Assembly: GCF_009914755.1 (NCBI RefSeq)
Contig: NC_060940.1
Length of the DNA stretch: 64,000 nt
Direction: 5' to 3' (one strand)
Source: the human T2T-CHM13v2.0 reference genome, Homo sapiens
Positions 24,942 through 37,850 of this stretch are shown here, in pieces; positions within the stretch are counted from its first letter, which is position 1, and each line of letters opens with the position of its first letter. The notes under the pieces are model-generated. The model was not told where the DNA came from. It was given only the letters and a program-made list of their open reading frames with translations, and ran no database searches. The position numbers were made by a program, and so were the translations under genes.

Positions 24942-25199
24942 AAAGAACCCAACAGAAAGCCAAGGCAATGGGAACAAGCTGGGGCAAGTGCCTGGAGGTG
25001 TTGCTGGAAAGGCAGATAGGGCAGAGAGCACCTGGACTCTTCCAAAACATATTAGCATCATGGTAAAGCCCTCAGCCCAAGTCCCCCAGAACATAGCCGT
25101 AGTCAACCAAGTTGAGATTGATTACTAGCTTCCTGTAACAAGGGAGATTATACACACACAAGTGCCATCTGCCTCTCCCTTCACCCAGCTTGAGTTTCG

Positions 25200-26110
25200 C
25201 TTGTAGCACTGATCCTTGCCTAGAATTCTATGGTGTTTGGCTTTTTGTTGGTTTATGTTTGCCTGCTCACTGGGTACAAGCTCCAAGATGGTAGGGACCT
25301 TGTCCATGTGTTGACCATATCTCCAGCCTCTGGCACAAAGTAAGTGCTCAATGAACATTTTCAAAGTGAATGAATGGCGGTGGGAATGAATGTAGGAGTG
25401 ACATTTTCTGAGGTAGGGCACATGGAAAGAGACCAGGTAAACGGATAAAATGATCCCTTTATATGTATGTAAAATATATGTATTTAAAATATATTTATAT
25501 GTATATAAAATTTATATTGAGCTCTGAGATCTGAGTTACCTTTGAGCCATACTCAATTTACAGCTCAGGATGTGGACTGAAGCTCAGAGGAGAGGTGCAG
25601 GGTAGATAGAAAGAGTTGTATCTGTCTTCTGGGTGAAGGCAACAGTTAAAGGTGTGGTTATGAACAAGTTCACTTAGGGAGAAAGTATCGAGTAGGAAGT
25701 AGAGCAGGCCTACATATGAATTTTGAAGAATGGAAACATTTCATGGCCAAATAGAGGAGATAAGCCTGCAAAAAAAAAATAGAGCAGAGGCACCCCAGAC
25801 TGTTAGGTGGAAAATAGGGGATGCAGCACCAGGAAAGCCAGGAAAGAAGGGGTGCTGGGGGGTGGCATGGAGATCAGTGTCAAAGGCTGTGAGCAGTCTG
25901 AAGTTAGGTCTGAAAAATGCCTATTGGATAGAGTGATAGCAAGGTCATTGGTAATTTTGGAAAAAGCTATTTGATTAGAATAATGGAAGTGAGAGCCAGA
26001 CTATAATTGATTGAAAAGTCAGTAGAAGGTTAGAAAATGAAGGTAGCAAATGTAGACAACACTCCTGGGAAATGTAGCTTCAAAGGTGAGGGGAGTGATC
26101 AGGTGGTACT
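25200..26110. mobile_element. L2 fragments (3' end on +, ~25200-25378; longer purine-rich piece on -, ~25380-26110)
   Basis: GGCACAAAGTAAGTGCTCAATGAACATTT...TGAATGAATG; antisense L2 motifs AAGCTCAGAGGAGAGG and AAGGTCATTGG. Confidence 0.65.
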
Positions 26111-26192
26111 TAGAGGACGACTTTTTTTTTTTTTTTGCTTAATGTCAGAGAATTGGTCATATTTATACACCTTTTTTGAAAAATTTTTAATA

Positions 26193-26412
26193 CAAATTGA
26201 ATATGTCTTACCCAAAATGCTTGAGACCAGTATTTCAGGTTTTGAAATTTTTTTCAGATTTTGGAATATACATAGAAATACACATCAGTTGAGCATCCCT
26301 AATCAGAAAATCCAAAATTCAAAATGTTCCAATCAGCATTTCCTTTGAGCATCATGTTGGCATTCAAAAAGTTTGGGATTTTGGGTTTTCTCATTACGGA
26401 TGTTCAAATCTA
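26193..26412 (+). mobile_element. Tigger4a (MER46A) non-autonomous DNA transposon
   Basis: GTTGAGCATCCCTAATCAGAAAATCCAAAATT, CATTTCCTTTGAGCATCATGTTGGC; degenerate TIRs; TA at 26191-92 and 26413-14. Confidence 0.85.
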
Positions 26413-26414
26413 TA

Positions 26415-29020
26415 ATTAGTTACCCTGGGGTTTGCAATATACACCTTTATTTGATCACAATCTACTTCCAAATAATATCATATGATTCACACATAGCATA
26501 TAACTCTATACTCCCAGTTCCCCCCTTATGTTGGTTTTTGCTCTTATTCTACATTTTACTTTTATGTGCAATTTTAAACACACCATACATTGCAACTCTT
26601 TTAACTTTCAACTGTCTAGTAATTTTACAGCAATTAAACATACAAAAAATAAACTTCCTATTGATCTTCATTTTTACCATGTCCATGACTATTCATTTCT
26701 GTATGTAGATCTAAGATTCTGACTGGTTTCATTTACCTTCTTCCTGATGCACTCTCTTTAACGTCTTGTAATAAATTCTCCCCTTTTTTGTTTTTCTGAG
26801 AAAAAAATCTTTATTTCTCTTTCGTTTTTGAAAGATATTGTCACTGGGAAAAGAATTTTGGGTTGCCAGATTTTTCTTTGTGTTTTCTTTTAGCATTTTA
26901 ATGATATAATTCCATTGTCTTATAGCTTGCATAGTTTCTGTGGACAAGTCTTCTGTAATTCTTACCTTTGCTGTCCTCTATGAGAAATGTCCTTTATCTC
27001 TGGCCACTTTTAATATTTTCTCTTTATCTTCAGTTTTCAGCAGTTTAAATATTTTATATCTAGGATTCTACATGAAAAATATTCGTGTTTATTCTCGTTA
27101 GTATTCTGTGGGATTTTTGGTTCTGTAATGTGATGTCTTTCATTATGTTTGATAAGTTTTGGCCATTAGCTTATTAAATATTTTTCTTCCCTCTTTCCTC
27201 TCCCCTTTACCTATTTTTCTATCTCTGTGTGTGTGTCTTTCCCTAGCTCTCTCTATGGCTCTATCTCTATGTCTCCATCTCTCTCTCTCTCTCTCTTTCT
27301 CTCTTCCTTCTAGGATTCTGAGTTTTGCTTATGAGACTGTTTAATATTGTCCCATAGCTCTTGGGTGCTCTGTTCCATTGGTGGTGGTTGCTGCTGTTCA
27401 CACCTCTTATTTCTCATGTGTTTTAGTGAGGATGGTGTACTTAGTCTTAAGCACACTGATTCTTTTCTTGGCTATGCCAAGGCTTACTTCATCTCTGCTA
27501 CCATTTTTTTAAAGAGTAGCTGGGACTACAGGCATGCACCACCCCACCCAGCTAATTGTTTTTTCTTTTTGTATTTTTAGTAGAGACATGGTTTCACCAT
27601 GTTGGCAATGCTGGTCTTGAACTTCCTGGCCTCAAGTGATCCGCCTGCCTCGACCTCCCGAAGTGCTGGGATTACAAGCATGGGCCACCACACCCAGCCA
27701 GCATTTCCAATTGACTCTTCATTACAGTTTGTATGTCTCTGCTTTAATTCCCTATCAATTAACACATTTTCCACCTTTTCCAATAGATCCTTTTAACATA
27801 TGAATCATTTTAAACTCCCTGTCTGATAGTGCCAACATCTGGATTGTATCTAAGTTTGGTTCTGTTGATCTCTTTGTCTTTTGACAGTGAGTCACTTTCC
27901 TTGCCTTGTTGTGTGTCTTATCATTTTTGGTTGAAAGCTATATACCATGTTTAGGACAGTCAATACTTTGGTAAATAAAATTTATGTCTGAAAATGGGCA
28001 TGCCTCCTTTTTTCTAGGCTTTGAGCATAGATTTCTGTTCTGTTGTTATTATAATTACCCTCAGGGAACTGCTGGTTTCCAGTTATTTTAGTGTTACTTG
28101 GTGCTTAGGATGGGAACTGGGTTGCAAGGGGGTGCTTCTCAGTTTTGCTGTTCCACTTTGGCTTTAGCTTTTGCTTGTGAGCCTGCATCACAGAAGGAGT
28201 CTCTCTCTATGCTTTTGTCTCTCTGCACAGAAGACTGCTGATCATTGTTAGCAGTGCCTGCTAGACTGGTGCTTGCGATGAGGGTAGGGGGTCTTTGCTG
28301 GGCTGGTTCTGCCTCAGTCTTTAGTAAACCTTAAGCCCCTGGGTCTCAGAGGTGGGGCTTTCTCTGTGATATTGCCTATCACAGCAGTGGAGGAGGATCT
28401 CTAATGGTCTGGGCCCATGGTGGTTTCCTGCTCTGTCTCCCAAAATGTTGTTTGCCTATTTCCTTCCCCCAACCATAATGAGTTTCTAGGATTGCTGGTC
28501 CTACCCCCAGGCTTTTATTTCCTTGAGAGGAATCTGGGCAGAGCCTTGTGCCTGCTCTGATATGGTGGCTGCTCTCTACCCCAGGGCTTACCATGAGAGA
28601 GATGTCTTCAGCCTCCACCCTTCCCCTAGTATTTCTCATGAACACCTGGTGAGGTTGTGAGGTTTACAAGTAGATGTGAACTCCCCTTGTTCCTATGGCT
28701 CTCAGGGGTTCTATATCTTATACTAGCCCCAAGCCAACATTTAGCAATCCATTAAAAATTTCAGCTAAAATATTCTTACCCACTAGTATGGTGGCCCTGT
28801 CTTCCTCCTGTGTTTTGTAGTAGGTAGCCTGGTGCTCAAGTCCCACCTCTTTTTGGAGGCCCTCATCTTTCTTTGAGATTTCAGAATACTTGTTTTCCTT
28901 GTGACCTCTGCTCCGATAGGTTCAAGAAAACGTGTGATTCTAGTAAGTTTTTTAACTTTTACTTTTTGTTAGGGTATGCACGGCTCTCTTTCCAGTTTTC
29001 TATCCCTGAGTGGAAGCCAA
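26415..29020 (-). mobile_element. Old L1M 5' portion (5'UTR, ORF1, inter-ORF)
   Basis: Minus-frame STETMQAIRQWNYIIKMLKE (26729-26947) matches the L1 ORF1p motif SAETLQARREW..IFK.LKE; T-rich on +. Confidence 0.8.
27514..27699 (-). mobile_element. Partial Alu (left arm and part of right arm) inside L1
   Basis: GAGTAGCTGGGACTACAGGC to CCACCACACCCAGCC; 3' part missing. Confidence 0.88.
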
Positions 29021-29248
29021 AAGGAATGTATCACATTTAAAATGATGAGAAGGATCTAGTTAAGAGGATATTTCAAGAGAAAAGAAAATATTTGATCATT
29101 AAGGTTCCTGAGAAGATGAGGGAAGATAAAATGCACAGTCCAGTGGGAAGATGGGCAATAAATGTGAGGAAGGACAATTCTTCCTTGTAGAAGAAGTGAA
29201 GAGCAAGAAGAGCAAGAAGGAGTGTTGCCATATGTAGAATTTGTATCA

Positions 29249-29993
<745 letters not shown>

Positions 29994-30124
29994 AAGTTGA
30001 GGAAATTCTTATCTGATGGCCTCTATTTCTTCTATGGAGTAGGAGACAAATCCAACTTCTGCAAACGAAGAAAGGGGCCAGTCAAATTTTGAGAGTAAAA
30101 AATGTTTGAAATAATGTAGAAATA

Positions 30125-31412
30125 CAAGAGGTCTTCTTATGTGTTATGAAAAAAACTATAAATTTCAAATTTGTTTGCATAAAAATAAACTCATGTTAAC
30201 TGGTTATAACATATCTAAACAGGATCTAGCTTGAGGCACTAGGAAGGGACAAGACATCAGTTTAAAAGGAGCTTCTATTAGAGCAACATAAATTCTGCTA
30301 AAACTGAAGCCACAACAAACATCACATTTATGGTGAGCTTGGATGGAAGAAGGGTGAAATCACTGATGCTTTACAAGATGTTCATGGGGACAATGCCCCA
30401 AAGAAATCAGCAGTTTACAGATAATTAATTCATTTTAAGAAGAAATGAGACAGCGCTGAGGATGAAGCCCACAGCATCAGACCATCCACATCAATTTTCA
30501 AGGAAAAAATGTATCTTGTTCATGCCCTTATTGAAGGGTACCAGTGATTAACAGCAGAAACAATAGCCAACACCATAGACATCTCAACTGGGCCAGCTTA
30601 CACAATTCTGACTGAAAACTTAAGATGAACAAACTTTTCACTTGGTGGATGCCAAAACCATTGTGCTTAGACCAGCTGCTGAGAAGAGCAGAGCTTTTAA
30701 TGGAAATTTTTAACAAGTGTGATCAAGATTCTAAAGCATTTTCTTCAAGGAATTATAACAGGAAGTAAAGCATTGCTTCACCAGTACCATCCTGAAGACA
30801 AAGCACAATCAAAGCAATGGCTACCAAGAGGTGGAAGCGGTCCAGTCGCAACAAAAGGAGACTTGTCAAGAGCAAAGGTCGTGACAACAATTTTTGGAGA
30901 TGTTCAAGGCATTTTGCTTGCTGACTTTCTGGAAGGCCAAAGCATTATAACATCTGCTTGTTATGGAAGTGGCTTAAGAAAGTTAGCCAAAGCTCTAGCA
31001 GAAAAATGCCTGTGAAATCCTTTGGTGGTGGAGTGAGTCCTTCCCCACCACAGCAATGCTCCTGCTCATTCCTCTCATCAAACAAGGGCAATTTTGTGAG
31101 AATGTCAGTGAGACATCATTAGGCGTCCACCTTACAGTCCTGAGTTGGCTTGTCTGGACTTCTTTTTGTTTCCTAATCTTGAAAAATCTTTAAAGGGCAC
31201 CCATTTTTCTCTAGTTAATAATATATAAAAGACTACACTGATGTGTTTAAATTTCCAGGAGCTTCAGTTCTTTAGGGATGGACTAAATGGCTGGTGTCAT
31301 CACTGACAAAAGTGTCTTGACCTTGGTGAAGCTTATGTTGAGAAATAAAGTTTATATTTTTTATTTGTATCTTTTAATTCCATTTTTCCACAAACTTTTT
31401 GAAGTCACCTCA
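30125..31412 (+). mobile_element. HSMAR2 mariner transposon, near full length
   Basis: TA at 30123-24 and 31413-14; right TIR TTTTCCACAAACTTTTTGAAGTCACCTCA; left TIR partly deleted; ~1.29 kb with transposase remnant. Confidence 0.92.
30288..31348 (+). pseudogene. Hsmar2 transposase pseudogene
   Basis: Start ATG mutated to ATA (30288); ORF piece 30719-31015 QYHPEDKAQSKQWLPRGGSGPV...QGILLADFLEGQ; catalytic TGDE now TGSK and HHDNA now HHSNA; stop TAA 31346-31348; several frameshifts and stops. Confidence 0.9.
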
Positions 31413-31509
31413 TAATCATATCCTGTGTCACCTCGTAGTTATATCCTATAAAGCACAAGCTTCAGGTAGGTTTGCTCTCCAGCAAACTCTTCAGCAACAG
31501 AGAAGTTTC

Positions 31510-32421
31510 CCAAGCAAAGTGCTCCTGGCCAATATAGATCCAGCTCCAACTTGGACTCACATTCATGCATGAGTCCTTTTCCCATGCAGCATCCCCTTCT
31601 CTCCCCAGGAGAGGGATGGAGAACGAACTGGGAACACATTTTCATCACAGTTTCCCTGTTTGGTTTTAGAAATATCAAGACTTGATGAAATTGCATTTCC
31701 ACAATTAGCTGTTGGAGTGGGAGACACCTACCCCATCCAATCACCAAAGTAATTTTTTCCTGTGTTAGAACAGAGAGGAACTTGGCTGGAGTCCACTCGG
31801 GGTGAGTGCAAGCTGGAAAATCCAGGTGGCTGAGGATTATATCCAGAGTTGCTTCTGACATGCCCCAATTTGGGTTTTGCTATAACATTCCGAAGGACAT
31901 TTCAGAGTATATTCGTTATAGTCAAATGCACGCTGGTGTTTGCTCAATTTGCTTCCTTTACATTTTAGGTCCCATGGTATCCAAGAGAAATTCAATGCCA
32001 GCATTCAATTCCTTTCATGTAAATCATCAAATTTCCAGGCTGGACAGAGATCTGTTCAAGTCCTCTCCTTGACCCAGGTCCATGCTACCTTCAAAAAGAA
32101 TTTCACCCCAGTCCAAATTCCAAAGGATAAGATTCAGCCAAGGGCCCTGGAGCCTTGCTGGGTTCTATGGGTTTGGAATTTGGATGAGGGTGCTGAGTCC
32201 ACTTCCAGGGGGACTGAACCACTCTTCCTCTTCATACCAATGCAAACACCCTTTTGGCCACTGGCTCAGTCACCCTTTGATTTGGATAAAAAGGAAAAGT
32301 CCTGATTTCCCAGAAGGGAGCAGGTGGTCCCAGAGCATCCAAGCCCAAGGAAAAGGACTCATGCATGAATTTAAGTCCAAATTGGAGCCAGATTTACAGT
32401 GGCCAGGAGCATTCTGCTTGG
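31510..32421. repeat. 73-bp inverted repeat pair flanking a 766-bp spacer
   Basis: 31510-31582 is the reverse complement of 32349-32421 with 63/73 identity and no gaps. Confidence 0.92.
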
Positions 32422-33775
32422 CACGGACATCCACAGAGGCTGTGGATATCCGTGTGTCTCAGCAATGACTCACCTCACAGGCCCACCATGGAAGGGTCAG
32501 GCCAGAGAGAAGCGACTGAGCCACAGACTGTGCAGCCAGCTACTGCGATCAGAAAGAAAGAGCTTATATGTGCATGCAAGCCTGTTTACAACTCTGTACC
32601 AGGAAATGGCTTTTTAGTGGGCTAGCACATGCAGCCTCAGACATGACCTTCATTTGACTCTGGGGCTTCTGATTTAGCTCAGCTATAATGAAGGCTCCTG
32701 TGGCCAACACAGACCAAAACACAAGAGACTGCATCCAACACTGGATAGTCAAACTCCCCTGGCATATTTCCTCTGGCTCCCTGGGCTGGGAAGGAAAGAA
32801 TCAGGAGTTCACCATTTTTCCCCATCCACCAACAACACCATCACCCAAAGCCTGCCCCTGGGCATCAGCAATTCTGCCTCTAACTGCTGAAAGTCAGCCA
32901 AGGGATCATCCCAAAATTCACATATCCAGATAATCATGACTAGACTGTTTCCCAGGGCTACTATGCTGCTAGAGTGAGGAAGCATACAACTCCCTAAATG
33001 TGAAATTCAATTGGCTACAGTAAAAGTCAATCACAAGGTATGCAATACCCACAGACCCCAGGCAACCCTGTTCCTAATCCTGCAGTCACTGAGGCCATGA
33101 TTTACTGGGTTAATTTTGGGCTCCTGAATAGAGCGCCGCCAATTCATAGGAGGCACCCATCAGGGTGTTTACTTGGGAAAAAGAAAGAATTAATCAGTTG
33201 ATGACAGGAGCAAAGAAGGAAAAGTTAAAAGACAGACATTCAGGAGTCATGCCTAACTGAGGTTAGGAGAAACAGAAACTCTGAGTGGGTAGAATCCAGG
33301 AGCTAAGAGGAGGTAGATGTGCACCTTCGCATCAACAGAAACCAGGAGATGAAAACAGCGTAATCTCTGTACCTTCTGCTCAATGTTGCCGTAAACCTAA
33401 AACAACCCTAAAACATTAAGTCTATTTAAAAACAAACAGGGAAGGCAGAGTGGACAAAATAGAAGGGGTTGACCTTCCCAGTCACTGAGGAAATGGTGGG
33501 ATTAGAGCCCTCAGGAGGCAGAGTGGAGTTCTGAGACCCAAACCCAAGAGACTGAGCTCAATCACCATGGAGTGGAGATCTCAAGCCAGCTGAAGGGTGC
33601 AAGGAGATGTTGTCCCTCAGGCGCCCAAGGGTGCTCTCACCTTCTTCATTGGGTGTTCTCACCTGCTTCGTTGGGCCAGATAAACCCCAAATGAAACCCT
33701 AAGTCCCAAACCAACTGAAAGGACACCCCCTCTTGGCCAAGAGGACCCCATAGCAACCTGAAAAACTAAATTCCA

Positions 33776-34644
33776 GGCCAGGCACAGTGGCTCACATCTG
33801 TAATCCTAGCACTTTGGGAGGCCAAGGAGGGCAGATTGCTACAGGAAAGGGGTCCCGATCCAGACCTCAGGAGAGGGTTCTTGGATCTCACTCAGTTCTT
33901 GGATTCAGGGCTTGTCCATCGAGTAAAGTGAAAGCAAGTTCATCAGGAAAGTAAAGGAATAAAAGAATGGCTACTCCATAGACAGAGCAGCCCCAAGGGT
34001 GGCTGGTTGCCTATTTTTATGGTTATCTCTTGATGATATACTCCACAATAGGTGGATTATTCCTGCCTCCCCTTTTTAGACCATGTATGGTAACCATCTG
34101 ACATTACCACGGCATCTGTAAACTGTCATGACACTGGTGGGATGTAGCAGTGAGAATGATCAGAGTTCCACCCTTGGTCACACCATCTTGGTTTTGGTGG
34201 GTTTTAGCCAGCTCCTTTACTGCAACCTGTTTTTATCAGCAAGGTCTTTATGACCTGTATTTTGTGCGGATCTCCTATCTCACCTTGTGACTTGGAATGC
34301 CTTAACTGTTTGGGAATGCAGCCCAGTAGGTCTCAGCCTCATTTTAGCTAGCTTCTATTCAAGATGGAGTTGCTCTGGTTAACATGCTTCTGACAGGATC
34401 ACTTGAGGTCAGGAGTTCAAGACCAGCCTGGCCAACATGGTGAAGCCCTGTCTCTACAAAAAATACAAAAATTAGCTGGGAGTGGTGCTGCACACCTGTC
34501 ATCCCAGCTGCTCAGGGGGGCTGACGCGGGAGAACTGCTTGAACCTGCCAGTTGGAGGGTGCAGTGAGCTGAGATCGCACCACTGCACTCTAGCCTGGGG
34601 GACAGAATAAAACTCTGTCTCAAAAAAAAAAAAAGAAAAAAAAA
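33776..34644 (+). mobile_element. Alu (S-type) split by MER41A
   Basis: 33776-33836 plus 34400-34644 rejoin into one Alu; imperfect TSD AAAAACTAAATTCCA / AAAAACTGGAATCCA. Confidence 0.92.
33837..34395 (-). mobile_element. MER41A solo LTR #1
   Basis: TGCTACAGGAAAGGGGTCCCGATCCAGA...CTTCTGACA; TSD AGAT/GGAT; lacks the MER41B GAS-containing insert. Confidence 0.88.
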
Positions 34645-35430
34645 AAAAACTGGAATCCAGGCCCTAACAGGAAGGGAGGTTGGATACACTTTGTTACACA
34701 CCTCCCTTTTGGAGTTTAGGCACAACTGACCAGCATTAACATTAAAATAGAGATCGTGAGACAGACAAAACATATTCTTTGCGGCAATAACATATCAAAT
34801 CCCAACATGATTCTAGTATAGCATCACATAACAGCAGAGCCTGAAGGAAATCAAAATATTTTGCCCCAAAATATATTTCCTTGACATATTTTATAATGGT
34901 CCTGCAACACAGTTATTTGTAGGGAAATTTTTGCATCTGTAGAGAATCTTCATTAATGCAGCCAGATCTTTACTGGATTTAAGAGAGATTAAGTAAAAGT
35001 CTAACACCTTTAGCACCTATTCTCTCTGAAGACTGCTACCCAGGAGGCATCATCTACATAACAAGAACCTTGGTCTCCACAACACCCCTTATCTGAACTT
35101 TCTACTGACTTTAAGTCTTTAGACAAAGCTTAACTCTTTCAACCAATTGCTAATCAGAAAATCTTTGAATCTACCTATGACCTGTAAGCCTCCCTGCTTT
35201 GCGATGTTCTACCTTTCTGGGCCAAACCAATATACACATTACACATACTGACTTATGTCTTTGCCTGTAACTTCTGTCTCCCTAAAATGTATAAAATTAA
35301 GCTGTAACCTGACCGCTTTGGGTACACTTTCTCAGGACCTACTGAGACCATCCTTCAGGCCATCGCCACTCATATTGGCTCAAAATAAACCCCTTTTCGT
35401 ATTTTACAAAGTTGGCTTAAAAAAAAAAAT

Positions 35431-35733
35431 TGAGACAGGGTCTTACTCCCCTTGCCCAGGCTGAAGTGCAGTGGCATAATCTCAGCATACTATGGCCTCA
35501 ACCTCTCGGGCTCAAGCAATCCTCCTCCCTCAACCAGTCTCCTGAGTAGCTAGGACTTCAGGCGTGCACCACCACACCCAGCTTTTGTTTGTTTTTTTTT
35601 TTTTTTTTTTTTTTTTTTTGTATTTTTTCTAGAGATAGGATCTCTCTATGTTGTTCAGGCTGGGTTCAAGCAATCCACCTGCCTCGGCCTCCAAAAGTGT
35701 GGGGATGATAGGTGTGAGCCACTGCACCTGGCC
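35431..35733 (-). mobile_element. AluJ-type SINE in the MER4 LTR
   Basis: TGAGACAGGGTCT, GGGCTCAAGCAATCCTCC; expanded T linker; small left-arm deletion. Confidence 0.88.
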
Positions 35734-36867
35734 TGCTTTTTCTTTTTTCCTGTCAACAGCCATGAGGCCACTTGCAACCAGTGCCACATGTTCAGCCAAG
35801 TAGAAATGTGGGATCATTCCACACTTCGATGTTTAGCATATCTTTACAGGAGCACCTGCCTGGACAACAGTTCTGGTAGCAGTACTCTCTCCAAGAGAGG
35901 AACTCAGCGAGTTAGGATGGGGGCTAGATCCACCTCCTGGCTCCTTTTTCCTTCCTTTCTGTAAATCTTCCTCCCACACATCAAGCAATTCCTACTGACC
36001 CGAAAGATGAGGGAAACTGATAATTAACTGGCTCTAAGGGGCATTGCCTAAGAGGAGACACATAGAGAGGATCAGCCTCTAAAAGGGGCGCTTCAGACAG
36101 GATGACAGTCTGCACATGGGTGCATTTTAAAGCAAGGAACCATTCACAACTGCCATAAGCCTAACTAGTCCTCCTACAAAGTTAATTCAGCAAGGCAACT
36201 CCTTCAGGCCTTGGGACCAAGTTGGATCCCAAGAATGAACAGTGAAGATGTGTGTGGAAAATGGGAAAAGAGCCCATGCTGCTTCTGGACAGATGGGGTG
36301 GGCAGTTCCCTAGGCAAAGGATGAATTTAGATGGAGTTAGCATGAGGCTGGTTTTCTTGGTGTTGGGCCCTGATGTCTAATCCTCATAGCCTTCTGAAAC
36401 GAACATACATCCATCCACATTTTGAAGAGGAGGAAACTAAGACTCAGTTATGGGATTTGCTGAAAGTTTAACAACTAGTGGTGAGTGGTTGAGTTGGGAT
36501 TCAAATCTGAATAGTTTCAGGATCACAATGTTCTCCCACCTAAGAGCTATAACCATTTAGAATCAGTAAACTTTTATTAAAATTCTGGAAGAACGGTAAG
36601 TAACAAGCTCAATGTGCCGCGGTGGATTTTAAGAATATAAGAACTTAGGAGGAGTTGAACTCATTGGTAAGCTATTTCTGAATTTTCCAAGGCAAGTTTC
36701 TTTTTCACAAGGCTAATTCCTTTCCTCAAATTTTTCATCAAGATATTTTTCATCCAGCCCTCCTCTTTCAGGAATAGATCACCAGTTGGGTGTACATTGG
36801 TACAACTTATCTGTAGAGCATATTAGTAATGTGTATAAAGAACCTCAGAAAGGTTCCTACCATTTGA

Positions 36868-37000
36868 TTGCCTGACCTCATAATTTACCATCCAAATAAG
36901 GACATTTTCAAAGATAAAAGGGAGCACTATGACTAATTATACCAGGACAACAGGAGAAAACAGAAACTATCGCAGGCAAACCTGTGGTATAGACAGCCTA
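36868..37000 (+). mobile_element. MER94-like hAT-Blackjack MITE within an old L1ME fragment (~36770-37500)
   Basis: TAATTTACCATCCAAATAAGGACATTTT, TAATTATACCAGGACAACAGG, end CAGCCTA. Confidence 0.7.
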
Positions 37001-37494
37001 CTTTAGACCAAGTAAGCTAACACCCAGGACCCACTCTTAAAAAATCTATTTATCCATCCATCACTCATTCACTCATAAATATTAATTAAGCACCTACTAT
37101 ATGTCAAATTCAACACTTATGTTCAAGGACCATCATTACTGCATTGATTTTTAAGAGCAAATAAACTCTTATTTGTAAACAAATAAAACCCACGTGGTCA
37201 ACAGCAGATACGGTTATAACACAAATAGTTATATTCTGGGGGATCCAGATGATGGAAGACTACGCAGGCCTTAAAAAACAAATTTTCTCCTAATGAATTA
37301 ATCTGAAATATAAACAAAATATTAAAAGTATGAGACAACCATATGTTTGTCATGATCCCAATTTTATAAGAATATGTAAATATGTACATTTATGCATTAA
37401 CATAGACTAAAATGGCACACAGCACATCAAAGAGGCAACGGTAGATCTCTCTGGATGACATCACTACGAGCGACCTTCTATTTTTTTCTGTGTA

Positions 37495-37850
37495 TCTTTC
37501 TTTCTGAGTTTGGCATGAGAAACAGGACACTGAGTGTCTCTGGGAGCATCAAGAGAGCTGCTTGATGCAATGCAAGGAGCAGACTCTCCAACTCAGTCAG
37601 CCTTGAGTCTAAATCCTGGCCCCCTCATCTTTGAGCTATGTGACCTTCAGCAAGTGCCTTTGCCCCTCTGCATCTCTTTCTTTCTGAATTTGGCATGAGA
37701 AACAGGACACTGAGTGTCTCTGGGAGCATCGAGAGACCTGCTTGATGCAATGCAAGGAGCAGACTCTCCAACTCAGTCAGCCTTGAGTCTAAATTCTGGC
37801 CCCCTCATCTTTGAGCTATGTGACCTTGAGCAAGTGCCTTTGCCCCTCTG
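37495..37850. repeat. Tandem duplication, period 180 bp
   Basis: 37501-37670 vs 37681-37850 differ at 5 of 170 positions; the unit includes the 5' part of a MIR. Confidence 0.96.

Larger units (their letters stand above)
33679..35758 (+). mobile_element. MER4-group ERV1 solo LTR carrying nested insertions
   Basis: CCCCCTCTTGGCCAAGAGGACCCC, GACCAGCATTAACATTAAAATAGAGATC, CTATTCTCTCTGAAG, ATTGGCTCAAAATAAAC, end TGTCAACA; 4-bp TSD GCCA 33675-33678 / 35759-35762. Confidence 0.8.

Noticed and set aside
30719-31015. 98-aa transposase ORF as a domesticated gene
   Set aside because: Fragment of a decayed HSMAR2 with mutated catalytic residues and flanking frameshifts.
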